Positions 7,725 to 17,447 are shown, counted from the stretch's first letter. The stretch: 28,122 nt of DNA from Pseudomonadota bacterium (GCA_043822785.1 JBDRBN010000034.1:1-28122); one strand, 5' to 3'. Notes: a model not told the origin generated them from the letters alone. Numbers and translations are program-made.

Positions 7725-9044
7725 TTATATCCTCGATTTCATGAATTCTTCATATATACCTTGAATCGCACTTGAGTCGGGTTGCCATCCTTCGAACAGG
7801 ATGAGCAATTCTTTCGAAGCCGATAACACATTATCAAGCAATTTATTCTTTAGACCTCTAAACGTTATCTCAGTTGACCATGATACGCTCTTTTCCTCAC
7901 ACCAACGTTCGCGAAGCGAGAAATCCCGCATGGGATTTGATGCCGCTAATTTTCGCCCATTCAAGCCGGCGTGTGTAATTTGAATCGCAATTATATCGTT
8001 ATCACTCAAGCCGAGTTCCCTATATAATTTTTCACAGTGCAGCAATATCTCTGAAATCCGCCAAATACGTGTATCGAAATAGATAAAATTATTTTTTTTG
8101 AACTTATCTAAGCTATCTTCTTCGAACACTCTAAAGAAATAATATGAACCATCCCTCCTCAAAGCCCACTCGTCATATGAACCTTCAGGGACCTCAATTT
8201 CTGCCTCTATACCGTCGTTCTTGAAAATCGGTCTGTACTTTTCTCTATCCATCACGACACCGATTGGCCAACCTGTATTTCGGCACATCGATTTTCTTGC
8301 AGCCTCTAAAAGCCGATTCTGATCCCATGTCCTTGATGAATTCTTGATCGAATGAAATACTTCTAAATAACCCAGCTCTCGATACTTTTCACGTCTTTGC
8401 AGAAAAAGCTCTCCCCTGCTCTTTTCGGATTCCCTTATAAATTTTCTAACGCCTTCCAGTTGGGTAGGGCTAAGATATATACCTCTCCTCTCAACTATCT
8501 TCCAAAGCGCCGATGGATTCTCGACAAATATACTCACTAAATTTCGCGCAACGTTTACTTCCGCGGTATCCTTCTCCATCGCCTGCAGAGTGGCGATGGG
8601 TATATCGAGAAAACATGCAAGTTGCCTCTGCGAAAGACCCAAAGAATTGCGGAATTTTACCACTTGGCTACCTGTAGGCAGCGTATCATCAGGTGCCATT
8701 TCAAATGCGAACCTTGACGGCCCTCCGCCGAAATGAGTTATCAAAACCATAGGATCCTGTTCATCGGAAGTTATTCCAACAGAGCGACAATATTCCTCGT
8801 ACGCGGGATTATTTCTGTCCGGTAACAGATCAAAAAGTGATTCAAAGAATTTTTTCGACTTAATGGGTTTTAGAGAGAGTGGCAGATCGGGGCCGAGTGG
8901 CGTTGCGGTTGAACGAGCTAAATAGCCATTATCGTAGACGAACGAATATCCTCCTTTTGTTCTGTCAAGTTCGCCAACAAAGACGCGGCCACGAGGTTCA
9001 TCGCTGAAAACTAGGATCTTAGAAGTATTCACAAAACTCTCCAT
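7725..9044 (-). CDS. HipA N-terminal (HipS-like) domain + XRE HTH + uncharacterised C-terminal domain
   Basis: VGEL...YSFVYD...LGPDLPL...FDLLPD (HipS-like); FRNSLGLSQRQLACFLDIPIATLQAMEK (HTH); ~230-aa extra C-terminal region. Confidence 0.75.
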   Translation of the reverse strand: MESFVNTSKILVFSDEPRGRVFVGELDRTKGGYSFVYDNGYLARSTATPLGPDLPLSLKPIKSKKFFESLFDLLPDRNNPAYEEYCRSVGITSDEQDPMVLITHFGGGPSRFAFEMAPDDTLPTGSQVVKFRNSLGLSQRQLACFLDIPIATLQAMEKDTAEVNVARNLVSIFVENPSALWKIVERRGIYLSPTQLEGVRKFIRESEKSRGELFLQRREKYRELGYLEVFHSIKNSSRTWDQNRLLEAARKSMCRNTGWPIGVVMDREKYRPIFKNDGIEAEIEVPEGSYDEWALRRDGSYYFFRVFEEDSLDKFKKNNFIYFDTRIWRISEILLHCEKLYRELGLSDNDIIAIQITHAGLNGRKLAASNPMRDFSLRERWCEEKSVSWSTEITFRGLKNKLLDNVLSASKELLILFEGWQPDSSAIQGIYEEFMKSRI

Positions 9045-9906
9045 GTCGTTTTGTTATTAATCTCATCATCGCCTCTTTAACCTTTTTATCCAGAAAGCTC
9101 TTTTTTATGAGGTTTTTTATCTCTTCGATATTACATTTTTTCTTGAATGTGTTTAATGCAGACATTGCCTCATCATCATGTTGTTTCAGCTCAATTACAT
9201 AATCCTTCATCGTTGGTTCATCAGTAGAGCTTGTCCGAATCGCGCCGCGCGGGCTCAGATCCGCTCCTAGCATATCTTCGATTCCTATGTTGCTTGAATT
9301 ATCATAGATCGGCGCAAGACGGTTCTTCTTTCCAACTGATAGTATTCCGAAGTTACGCCCATGCCTGTCGTTGTTTCCGATAAGCGCGTCAAAGAGCAGC
9401 ATTTGATAAAACATCTTCACATCCTGAGGTTTTTTTGTAATCTCGAATATTACTTTGCTCAGCTTATCTACATTAAACTCGTCTTCCCCTGATATATAGT
9501 GATAGATGTGCGTTAACTTTTGCCAACGGGTTTCATCCAGGAAGTTTTTTGTAACGAAGCAGTCCTTTCCTTCAACATCGAGAAAGAAAAAAACAGGAAT
9601 ATTAAGGCCTAATAATGACGCGATTTGGTTCGAAACGAATTCTACGCGGGGTAAATTAGGGTAAACATCTTCAACAACCTTCCATATATATTTTTTTCCG
9701 TCGAGAACAGCGGTATACTTTCTGAATTTACCTGCCAGGAAACTGTCTGTCAGCACGCTCTTTTGTGCTGTGGTGACTTTGATTCGCGAAACTTCAGAAA
9801 AGGTTGCATCTGGTGGACACTGAAACCATTCGCCAAAACAGTTTGGATGGAGGCCATAATGGTTTTCGCCACTGATTTTTTTCCTGCATTTGTAACAAAA
9901 TGACAT
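9019..9906 (-). CDS. HipA-like (HipT-type) Ser/Thr kinase toxin
   Basis: FDALIGNNDRHGRNF catalytic loop, LAPIYD Mg-binding motif, SFLAGKFRKY G-loop, N-terminal CxxC...HxxC. Confidence 0.88.
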   Translation of the reverse strand: MSFCYKCRKKISGENHYGLHPNCFGEWFQCPPDATFSEVSRIKVTTAQKSVLTDSFLAGKFRKYTAVLDGKKYIWKVVEDVYPNLPRVEFVSNQIASLLGLNIPVFFFLDVEGKDCFVTKNFLDETRWQKLTHIYHYISGEDEFNVDKLSKVIFEITKKPQDVKMFYQMLLFDALIGNNDRHGRNFGILSVGKKNRLAPIYDNSSNIGIEDMLGADLSPRGAIRTSSTDEPTMKDYVIELKQHDDEAMSALNTFKKKCNIEEIKNLIKKSFLDKKVKEAMMRLITKRHGEFCEYF

Positions 9907-10067
9907 ATATATGTTCTCCAGTAATATAACATAATATTATGTCATTTGATGATTTTAGTCAATCTTCTTGATTAATATTCATACAATAAAAATTAATTGT
10001 ATATTACATTCAATAAGTTATCGCATTATGACATATATATAGTCTAGGTAGTAATGACATAATATTA
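9900..10067. promoter_or_regulatory. Duplicated palindromic operator-like sites upstream of the kinase
   Basis: ATGACATATATAT...GTAAT...ACATAATATTA at 9900-9939 and 10028-10067; perfect palindromes ACATATATATGT (9903-9914) and ACATAATATTATGT (9929-9942). Confidence 0.55.
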
Positions 10068-10152
10068 GTTTCAGGCAAGCTTGTGTTTTTCAACCTTTCG
10101 CTTACTCGATCAAATCTGAATTGGGCGAAGATATCAATGGATTACAAGGCCG

Positions 10153-12393
10153 TTATAGGGGCGTTTGGGGCGGGGTTGATGTTATAAAAGCTTCGACATC
10201 ACGATGAGGTTGCGAAGTCTCCTCTCCATGCCTAGTTAGCAGCGCGAGTATTGCTGGTACACCTATAAGGTCAAATACGAGCGCGAGAATGAGAAGAAGT
10301 GGCATGAAAAAGGCCAGCTCTACATTGGATAAAAAAGGCGATGTAGCGAGAGATGCAAACCCTGCTGAAAGTATTAGAGTTGAGAGAACGAGCGCCCTTC
10401 CTGTGCTGGACATCACATGTGATACCGCTTCTTGCGCACTTAGTCCCCCTCGCATATGCCTGCGCACACCCCAAATCACATGGATTGTATCATCCACCAC
10501 AAGTCCAATGCCAACTGCCGGCAGGATGATGAGCCCTAGCGAAAACCCCACACCAAACCAGCCCATAATACCCACAGTTACGATGAGCGGAAGCACATTC
10601 GGAATCATAGCGATCAGCCCCCACTTAACAGAGCGAAAGAGGATCATGAGAAAGGCGAGCACGCTTAAAAAAGCGATGGCAAAGCTGGCCGTCATCTCAG
10701 ACACCATGCGTTTTTCCATCTCCTTATATAGAAGTGAAAAGCCGCTCCAGCTCATATCCACGCCCTGTTTCTTAAGCCCATCGCGAAGATAAGCCAGGGT
10801 ATTCATGAGCGCATCGTAACTCTCTGCTTGGCTTGAACGCACGCGCACGTGTACGCGTGCTTTTTTTAAGTCGGGCGTAACCCATCCGTTTAGGATAGGC
10901 CCATTTTCTTCGCGTATATCGTTTATGAGTTTTGCCGATCGCTTCATGAGCTCTGCAGCATTTTTAGGCACGCCGTGTTTGATAATATATGCGCTGAGCC
11001 CTACATCGATGGGCGAGATCGTTGTGGCAACCAGGCCGGTCAAAGAAAGTGCGGTCTGAAGATTTCGCATGAGGTGAAGTTTTTCCGGAGGCGAAAAATC
11101 GCTGCCGTTTGTGGTCTGCATCATGATCTCAAAGGATGCTGCACCAGCTAGATTCTCATCAACCTCTGCAAACTGCTTTTGAAAAGGCACATCCTTACGA
11201 AAGATGTTTGGAAAATCAAAATCAACGCTCACATAGCGCAGCCCCAGGCCTGCCACCAAAGTTATGCCTATTAGCGCTAAAGCCCAAAGCGGCGCATGTC
11301 TGAACACCGATATCGCGTAAGCAGCGCACCACTTGTCTGAACGGCCGCCCCTTTGCGGCGCATTCATAGGCGCTGCTATGAGAAGAGCGGGCAACACCAC
11401 AAGCGATGAGGCCAACGCAAGTGGCGCGCCGACCATAACCAGAAGGCCGATGGATCTTATCTGCTCGATGTCGGATATGAGAAGCGATGCAAATGCCACG
11501 GCAGTGGTCAACGTCGTCCACACACATGGAAAGACTGCGCTGGCGAACATATGCCTGAGCGAAGATATCGTATCCGCACCGTGCCTGCGCGCCTTTGCAT
11601 AGTGCTCTAGAAGATGAATAGCATCCTGAAGGCTTATGGCCGCAAGTATGGGAATGGCGATGAGCGCAAACTGCGAGAGCTTGACCTTTAAGAGCGCCAT
11701 GATTCCGCAAGTGCCGCAAATGGCTACTCCGACTACAAGCAGCGCTGCTGCTATGGCCTGCCAGCTGCGATAGAGGAACAAGAAAAGAAATAAAGCCGTG
11801 ATTGATACGATGATGAGTGCGTGAAAAAGATCTTGGCGTGAAAATTCGATAGCCTTTGTTTGCATGGCCAATGGGCCGGTCACAAATGCACGCTCTCCAT
11901 CGCGCACAAAATTACCAAGAAGATCTTCTACGCTCTTCACCAGCGCAAAGCCCTTGCTCGGTTGTGTGGTTTGCTGCTCGGGCATGACGACAAACACGCT
12001 TTGCTTGCCATTTCTGCCCGCAAGCAACTTTTTAGCCAGAGGAATCGACTTTTGAGGAAATGCCGCCAGACTTATTACCGACTCCACTCCTTCAAGCTCT
12101 TCAATTTTTTGTGCAAGAAACATCGTGCGCTTAAGCGCTTCAGCAGAGAACACATCGCTGCCTTTATCCCACACGACAAGAAGCAACGGTTCGGAACCAA
12201 ACTGCTTGCCGAATTCGCGATACAATTTGAGCTTTGGATTGTCTTTGATAAAGCGGGATTCGAGCGAGGGATCAAGATTAAGCCCTGTAGAAAACCAAAG
12301 CCCTGCCGTCACAAAGACGACGGTCAGCAAGAGGACGACTGTTCTATATCGCTTTAGCCAGTTGAGATATGCCATTGTGTTTTCATTTGTCAT
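10153..12393 (-). CDS. MMPL/RND-family transporter
   Basis: Two-fold TM-loop-TM repeat; GIGLVVDDTIH, TTLTTAVAFASL, AMIPNVLP, GFASL. Confidence 0.88.
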   Translation of the reverse strand: MTNENTMAYLNWLKRYRTVVLLLTVVFVTAGLWFSTGLNLDPSLESRFIKDNPKLKLYREFGKQFGSEPLLLVVWDKGSDVFSAEALKRTMFLAQKIEELEGVESVISLAAFPQKSIPLAKKLLAGRNGKQSVFVVMPEQQTTQPSKGFALVKSVEDLLGNFVRDGERAFVTGPLAMQTKAIEFSRQDLFHALIIVSITALFLFLFLYRSWQAIAAALLVVGVAICGTCGIMALLKVKLSQFALIAIPILAAISLQDAIHLLEHYAKARRHGADTISSLRHMFASAVFPCVWTTLTTAVAFASLLISDIEQIRSIGLLVMVGAPLALASSLVVLPALLIAAPMNAPQRGGRSDKWCAAYAISVFRHAPLWALALIGITLVAGLGLRYVSVDFDFPNIFRKDVPFQKQFAEVDENLAGAASFEIMMQTTNGSDFSPPEKLHLMRNLQTALSLTGLVATTISPIDVGLSAYIIKHGVPKNAAELMKRSAKLINDIREENGPILNGWVTPDLKKARVHVRVRSSQAESYDALMNTLAYLRDGLKKQGVDMSWSGFSLLYKEMEKRMVSEMTASFAIAFLSVLAFLMILFRSVKWGLIAMIPNVLPLIVTVGIMGWFGVGFSLGLIILPAVGIGLVVDDTIHVIWGVRRHMRGGLSAQEAVSHVMSSTGRALVLSTLILSAGFASLATSPFLSNVELAFFMPLLLILALVFDLIGVPAILALLTRHGEETSQPHRDVEAFITSTPPQTPL

Positions 12394-12453
12394 CTATCTT
12401 TGCCTCATATAAAGGAAATACAATCAATTCAATCTTTAAAGAGGGGGTAAATT

Positions 12454-12591
12454 ATGAAGAGACGCTTAACCGGATTTATATGCTTGGTGGTAGCTGCAGC
12501 AGCGCTTCTAGTGGCGGGTTGCAGCCTAATTGGCAGCAAAGAAGCCAAACAATGGCAAGGCATGAACGGGGAGGTGTCCAATGAAAAATAA
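12454..12591 (+). CDS. Small lipoprotein, 45 aa (not in ORF track)
   Basis: MKRRLTGFICLVVAAAALLVAGCSLIGSKEAKQWQGMNGEVSNEK*; lipobox VAG-C; GAGGGGG RBS; overlaps the next start by 11 nt. Confidence 0.7.
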   Translation: MKRRLTGFICLVVAAAALLVAGCSLIGSKEAKQWQGMNGEVSNEK

Positions 12592-13309
12592 GAAGAGCAT
12601 ATTCAGCATCGTAGCAATCACTTCTGCAGCTCTTCTGGCTGCATTTGCGTTTTCCTTTTGCGGCGGCGGAACAACTGGCCAAAACGGAGGGCAGCCTGGC
12701 CTCACTGCAGAGGATTTTCCAAATGTCGGCGTATGCAGCACAGGAACCGTTGATGTTACGAGTGACACGTTCAAAAACGCCTTGGCAACGGCAACGTCAT
12801 TTACTTTTATACACAAGCCATATGCGACAGACGCCGACATACCTTTTATATGCGGAAAAGAAGGAACCTGGGATCCATCTGAAGCAGATGCATTTGACAC
12901 GACGAACACGCTCAACATGACCGATGCGCTATCCGATGTAGCCACCGGCGCCTTTGGAAACGTGTTCATCTGCTATGACGGTTTCAGCTTTGCCGGCGGC
13001 TCCCCTGACGGCTTTAACGATGCCGGAACCTATAGAGGCGAACTAAGGTTCACTGCAGGTGGTACCACATACCGCGCCAGGTTCCGCTTTACAGTAGCGG
13101 GCAACGACGCGGGAAAGACATTTACCGCACTTGGCATCACCTCAGACAACGTCGGCGTGACTGACGGCACAGGAACTGCTCTGGCTACGGTATCGGATGT
13201 GCGGGATCTGTTTGCAGCGAGCCCCACGAACATAACGACAAACGCTGTAACTAATTCCACTACGCATATCACGACGACTGGTGGCTTTATTTGTGCAGGA
13301 ACGGAGTAA
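12581..13309 (+). CDS. Hypothetical exported protein/lipoprotein, Thr/Gly-rich
   Basis: Basic + hydrophobic N-terminus ending FSF-CGGG; GGGGAGGT RBS; four further Cys. Confidence 0.75.
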   Translation: MKNKKSIFSIVAITSAALLAAFAFSFCGGGTTGQNGGQPGLTAEDFPNVGVCSTGTVDVTSDTFKNALATATSFTFIHKPYATDADIPFICGKEGTWDPSEADAFDTTNTLNMTDALSDVATGAFGNVFICYDGFSFAGGSPDGFNDAGTYRGELRFTAGGTTYRARFRFTVAGNDAGKTFTALGITSDNVGVTDGTGTALATVSDVRDLFAASPTNITTNAVTNSTTHITTTGGFICAGTE

Positions 13310-13317
13310 ACGGTTGA

Positions 13318-13405
13318 TGTCATTGCGAGCATAACGAAGCAATCTCCTAGCCATCAGGGGATTGCTTCGTCCCCTTCGACTTCGCTCAGGGTCCTCGCAA
13401 TGACA
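13318..13405. repeat. REP-like palindromic repeat, copy 2, with CCCTTCGACTTCGCTCAGGG cassette
   Basis: Same termini as copy 1; lies between convergent genes; cassette at 13372-13391. Confidence 0.9.
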
Positions 13406-13413
13406 CTCTTTGT

Positions 13414-14106
13414 TTAACCCACTTTTGAAATCTGCCTTCTTACCAGCTGGGATATGTGGATGCTCACCAGGCTCGCCACAACTATGACAAGATACATAGA
13501 TCCTATTACAGTTTCCATATACGCCAACAAACGCGCAACAGGTCTCACGGGCACTATGTCTCCAAAGCCCGTTGTGGTTAGAGTGGTATAACTGAAATAC
13601 AGATAATCACTAAAATCTCCCAGATCTTGCACATTGGCACCGCTGAAATTGATGGCGTCCGGTCTCATCACATCCAGACCGGCATAGAAAAAAGCGAAAA
13701 ACATGCCTATCAGCATATAGATGCATAGGCTGCCCATGATGCTGTTTTTGGTGTCATGCTCGGCTGTAAAAACGCTGCGTCCAATCGAAATGATCGCTAT
13801 CAGCACAAAGGCGGCGTACGCAAAGGCGCATATGGCAATGGATATCATCACTACGGGTCGGCTGACGTTAGGAACAGCCCAGACGAACCCGCTTATAAAC
13901 GCTATTGCCCCTGTTATAATAGCAAGGGCCCTTGGTATAAGGCTCTCCCAGATGCTGGCTATGACGGAACCGAATATCCCCAACATCGCCAAGGCAAAGA
14001 AGAGATAGAGGATGAGAAAATCCTGCATAAATGCAGCAAACAGTAGCAGGATGAGCTGCGCAATGAGCACAAAGACGTAATTTTTGGCCTTGATCCTCAA
14101 ACCCAT
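13414..14106 (-). CDS. Potassium channel family protein (Ion_trans_2)
   Basis: YFSYTTLTTTGFGDIVP pore signature; start reassigned to MGLRIK, 2 nt after the upstream stop. Confidence 0.88.
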   Translation of the reverse strand: MGLRIKAKNYVFVLIAQLILLLFAAFMQDFLILYLFFALAMLGIFGSVIASIWESLIPRALAIITGAIAFISGFVWAVPNVSRPVVMISIAICAFAYAAFVLIAIISIGRSVFTAEHDTKNSIMGSLCIYMLIGMFFAFFYAGLDVMRPDAINFSGANVQDLGDFSDYLYFSYTTLTTTGFGDIVPVRPVARLLAYMETVIGSMYLVIVVASLVSIHISQLVRRQISKVG

Positions 14107-14108
14107 TC

Positions 14109-14690
14109 TTATTCTCTTTCCCCCTTTGCCAAACATTGAAATGTGAGTTCTCTGTATTGTGTATACGGCGGGTCCTGGTTTTGGCCAATTTGCCATTCAG
14201 GCGATTTTTGAGACGATCTCACGTGCACCGTGCCCGAGGCTTTAACGCCTACCTTACATAGTTCTTGCATCTTATCGTAATAGGGTTTGTAAATTGTTGT
14301 CTTAAGTTTAGCATCTACTATTCCACTGCTGATGGCTCTCTTATATTGCCCTTCATCAACATATTTCCATCCTGACTGTGGAAGAATCTCTGCCTCATCC
14401 CATTTACCTGCAAGGTTGATCTCACGCATCACATAGATGCAAGACATGTAGCCCGTTGGTATATTTTTGAATGCTTCAAGTTCTCTCTCGCCCTCGGTTT
14501 CTTCTGCAGGCCTTTTAACCTCAGTGCCTTCGTATTCACTCGCACCTCCTTGCTCAGCCTCTTCCATTTGTTCCTCTTCCAGTCTTTGTGGCTCTTCATC
14601 AGTATCCCACTGAGCATTCACAGAAATGGCATATGCTATTACGAGCAAAACTGCAGCGAGAAGCAAAAATATAAGTGGTCTTTTCTTCAT
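14109..14690 (-). CDS. Hypothetical secreted protein with acidic N-terminal stretch
   Basis: Signal peptide ending VNA; Glu-rich segment; GGAGG RBS. Confidence 0.7.
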   Translation of the reverse strand: MKKRPLIFLLLAAVLLVIAYAISVNAQWDTDEEPQRLEEEQMEEAEQGGASEYEGTEVKRPAEETEGERELEAFKNIPTGYMSCIYVMREINLAGKWDEAEILPQSGWKYVDEGQYKRAISSGIVDAKLKTTIYKPYYDKMQELCKVGVKASGTVHVRSSQKSPEWQIGQNQDPPYTQYRELTFQCLAKGERE

Positions 14691-14712
14691 GAAATTCCTC
14701 CAATGATTGACG

Positions 14713-14819
14713 TGTCATTGCGAGCCCTGCACCGTACGGTGCAGAGCGAAGCAATCCCCTGAAGTAATGGAGATCGCCACGCTCCCCTTCGACTTCGCTC
14801 AGGGTCGCTCGCGATGACA
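14713..14819. repeat. REP-like palindromic repeat, copy 3, with two inserted cassettes
   Basis: TGTCATTGCGAG...CTCGCGATGACA; CTGCACCGTACGGTGCAG at 14727-14744; CCCTTCGACTTCGCTCAGGG at 14785-14804. Confidence 0.9.
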
Positions 14820-16661
14820 TCAGAAAAAACTCTCTGCAAATCCAGATATTATGCCAACGCCCTTTTCCGACTTCTTAAAGGAGTCGTCTGTCATCTTATA
14901 ACTCGAAATGACCTTTTTTACCACCGCTTCGCCAACCAGGCCCAGCTCATGGGCCTTTGCAAAGCTCTTGGTTGCATCCTCATAATCGCCTGATTTCTCG
15001 TCCAACAAACCCTGCATGAAATAATTAAAGGCATATATCAAGCCTTGTTTTTCTGTAAGCACAACTGCGTCTGACGATGGAGGCAGCGGCCCTTTATCCA
15101 TCAGATATTTCAGTGCATCGGCATAATATATAAAACGTGCGCCCTGATTTGCCCATTTAAGTGCATCTGCGTACTGCCCTTTGACCGTATAAGCTATAAC
15201 CAAATCCTGCACGGCATCTTGCCTGTCTGCGCCCAGACTCATGCCTGTGATCAAAAGACCTTCTACATCATAATCTCCTCTTTGCATCCTTGCCTCGGCA
15301 AGCTCTATCTTAAGTCGGCCATCCTTTGGATGCGCGCCCACCTTTTGACTGAGCGCCTTTTCTTTGTTTTGAGCGTGGGCCACATATGCAGGCTTTGGAG
15401 CATCAAGATTTTGGGCAAAGAGTGCAGTCTGGGGAAAATCGACGAGAAGCACCTTTGGCCTGTGCTCGCTTATCTCAACTCTTCGCTCAATCGCGGCAAA
15501 GGCACCATCGGGCTTTATCTCTAATTTATATTTACCTGGTTTGAGATAAAACCTGCCGATCTGAAATGATGCAGGCAGGGTCCGCCAGGAACGCTCATCC
15601 GCCTTATCCGAAGCCGACATGGACATGGCCAAAAAGCTCAGCGCGATCCCTGCTATTTGGCTCTCTATCTCATCTTCTTCCATCAGCTCCAGGCCTGCTG
15701 CATAAAGCCCAGTCTGCACGGACATCTTCACAACTTTTCTGATTAAGCTGCGCTTTTGACGCTCCTTTAAAGCAATCAGAATGTCGTCGGCTATGTTGTA
15801 AAAAGAATGCGTTCTGCCCACATCTTTGCCATCGATAAATACTTGAGCATGAGAGACCAATGGTTCGTACATCACGGCGCGCGGCACAGAAACAGTGAAG
15901 TAGCCGGTGGACATGTAGTCTGAAACAAAGCCGGGCGCCCTACCTACCTGTGCGATGATGATGAGCTGGCCGCGATCATTTCTGTAGCCTTTGGATTTTT
16001 GCCACGCCATGCTCTCTTTTGGTGGAAGCTTTACGGGCAAACCTAGCTTTGAACTCGCAGTCTTTAAATCATAGCCATAGTATGGAACTGCTTTGTCCTT
16101 CTTTGCCAAGCTTTTGTAATCGATCAAGGCATCGTTTATGTTGCCAAGAACCTCCCAGGCTATTGCAGAAAGATAGACGGCAAACGCGTTGTCGAACTCA
16201 TGCTCCGCGCCATAGGCCTTCTCCACGACATAACCCAACCTCCTCACCTCGACCTGCGCCCCTTCCCAATCATCGAGCATGATGTAGTTCAGCATGCGCA
16301 TGACTATTATCATAGCGCGCTCGTGCCTCTCGCCTGCGTATTCCGTTGCCTCTTCACTCCAAAGCGTTGCAGCAACCTCGCGTGTAACGCTTTTTGCTGC
16401 AAGCGCACTTGAAAGCTCCTCTGCCTCTGTCAAAGCGACATTGCTCTCTTTATACTTGCCCACAGCATGCAGGATCATTCCTTTATCCAGAAGATACAGA
16501 AGTTTATCCCGTTCGGCAGGCTTAACCTTGTCTATGAGTTTAAGTGCGCGATCATAATCCCCGCGATAGTAGGCGTTGTGTGCCGAGACCGCATTTTTCT
16601 GATAGGTGGAAACGCAGGCGCTAAGGGATAGGACTGCGATCAATGCAGTCAATATTCGCAT
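14820..16661 (-). CDS. COG3014-like TPR lipoprotein with extra C-terminal helical region
   Basis: Lipobox LSA-C; DKLLYLLDKGMILH, EYAGERHE, ADERSWRTLP; follows the lpoB-like gene. Confidence 0.75.
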   Translation of the reverse strand: MRILTALIAVLSLSACVSTYQKNAVSAHNAYYRGDYDRALKLIDKVKPAERDKLLYLLDKGMILHAVGKYKESNVALTEAEELSSALAAKSVTREVAATLWSEEATEYAGERHERAMIIVMRMLNYIMLDDWEGAQVEVRRLGYVVEKAYGAEHEFDNAFAVYLSAIAWEVLGNINDALIDYKSLAKKDKAVPYYGYDLKTASSKLGLPVKLPPKESMAWQKSKGYRNDRGQLIIIAQVGRAPGFVSDYMSTGYFTVSVPRAVMYEPLVSHAQVFIDGKDVGRTHSFYNIADDILIALKERQKRSLIRKVVKMSVQTGLYAAGLELMEEDEIESQIAGIALSFLAMSMSASDKADERSWRTLPASFQIGRFYLKPGKYKLEIKPDGAFAAIERRVEISEHRPKVLLVDFPQTALFAQNLDAPKPAYVAHAQNKEKALSQKVGAHPKDGRLKIELAEARMQRGDYDVEGLLITGMSLGADRQDAVQDLVIAYTVKGQYADALKWANQGARFIYYADALKYLMDKGPLPPSSDAVVLTEKQGLIYAFNYFMQGLLDEKSGDYEDATKSFAKAHELGLVGEAVVKKVISSYKMTDDSFKKSEKGVGIISGFAESFF

Positions 16662-16664
16662 AAG

Positions 16665-17270
16665 TTAAAACCTTACGCGCTTTAGTTTAAATGCCTTCTT
16701 TACTTCTATCTCTTCGGTCCAGAGGATTTCTGAAGTCTCGATATCTGTTATTTCAAGCGTGGTCTTGTAATAGACGATCTCTTTTTTCCCTACAGGCTGT
16801 TTTATAGAGGAGATGTGTCCTGATATCATCCAGTCGGCTCCGATCTGCTTGCCCTTCATCTTTGCGGTCTCAGGGTTCACATAACCTGAAGACTGGTATT
16901 CATACTCCTTTGCCAAAGCTTTTCTTAAACGCTCGTTTAAAAACTTAAACCTGTTTGATTTGTTGAGCTTCGTGCGCAAGTTGTTTGTAAGAGAAAGTAT
17001 GTCTATGTGCTCGTCCGTGCCGTTTGTGAAAAGGCTGATGATGACAGCGGGCTTCCCCTCTTGCTCTGCCATGAGCGCAGATGCGAGCAGGTTTTCAGAC
17101 AGCCTGTCGGCTATGAGCTGAAGATCCGCCTCTACGAACTTATCGCTCAGAAGATATACTTCGTCGGGATCGACGTATTTGCCCTTGGTGTACACGCGCT
17201 TTTGCGCACAACCGAACTGCAAAAACGCAAGCATGGAGATAGCTACTACTATTATAATTAAGCGATTCAT
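16665..17270 (-). CDS. LpoB-like lipoprotein (PBP activator/CsgG-fold family)
   Basis: Lipobox FGC; NGTDEHID, GKQIGADWMISGHISSI, VYYKTTLEITDIETSEILW; start reassigned to MNRL (GGAGG RBS). Confidence 0.8.
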   Translation of the reverse strand: MNRLIIIVVAISMLAFLQFGCAQKRVYTKGKYVDPDEVYLLSDKFVEADLQLIADRLSENLLASALMAEQEGKPAVIISLFTNGTDEHIDILSLTNNLRTKLNKSNRFKFLNERLRKALAKEYEYQSSGYVNPETAKMKGKQIGADWMISGHISSIKQPVGKKEIVYYKTTLEITDIETSEILWTEEIEVKKAFKLKRVRF

Positions 17271-17289
17271 ATTTAAGCCTCCCGTTAAT

Positions 17290-17343
17290 AAATCCCAAAT
17301 CCAAAATCCCAATATCAAAGCAAATCCCAATTTCAAAATCCCA
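17290..17343. repeat. Degenerate heptamer tandem repeats
   Basis: AAATCCC AAATCCA AAATCCC AATATCA aagc AAATCCC AATTTCA AAATCCC. Confidence 0.75.
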
Positions 17344-17370
17344 GATTGAACCCTCTGCAAAAGTTGTAGT

Positions 17371-17447
17371 TGTCATTGCGAGCGAAGCGAAGCAATCTCC
17401 ACGTCTTCAGGGGATTGCTTCGTCATCTTCGATTCCTCGCAATGACA
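17371..17447. repeat. REP-like palindromic repeat, copy 4
   Basis: TGTCATTGCGAG...GAAGCAATC...GATTGCTTC...CTCGCAATGACA. Confidence 0.9.

Noticed and set aside
17271..17360. Longer ORF-track starts for the lpoB-like gene, and likewise VKOR (27492), Rrf2 (27989), hgcB (6470) and the K+ channel (14196)
   Set aside because: The extensions run through repeats, the IS end or the upstream gene; downstream ATGs fit family N-termini and mostly have RBSs.
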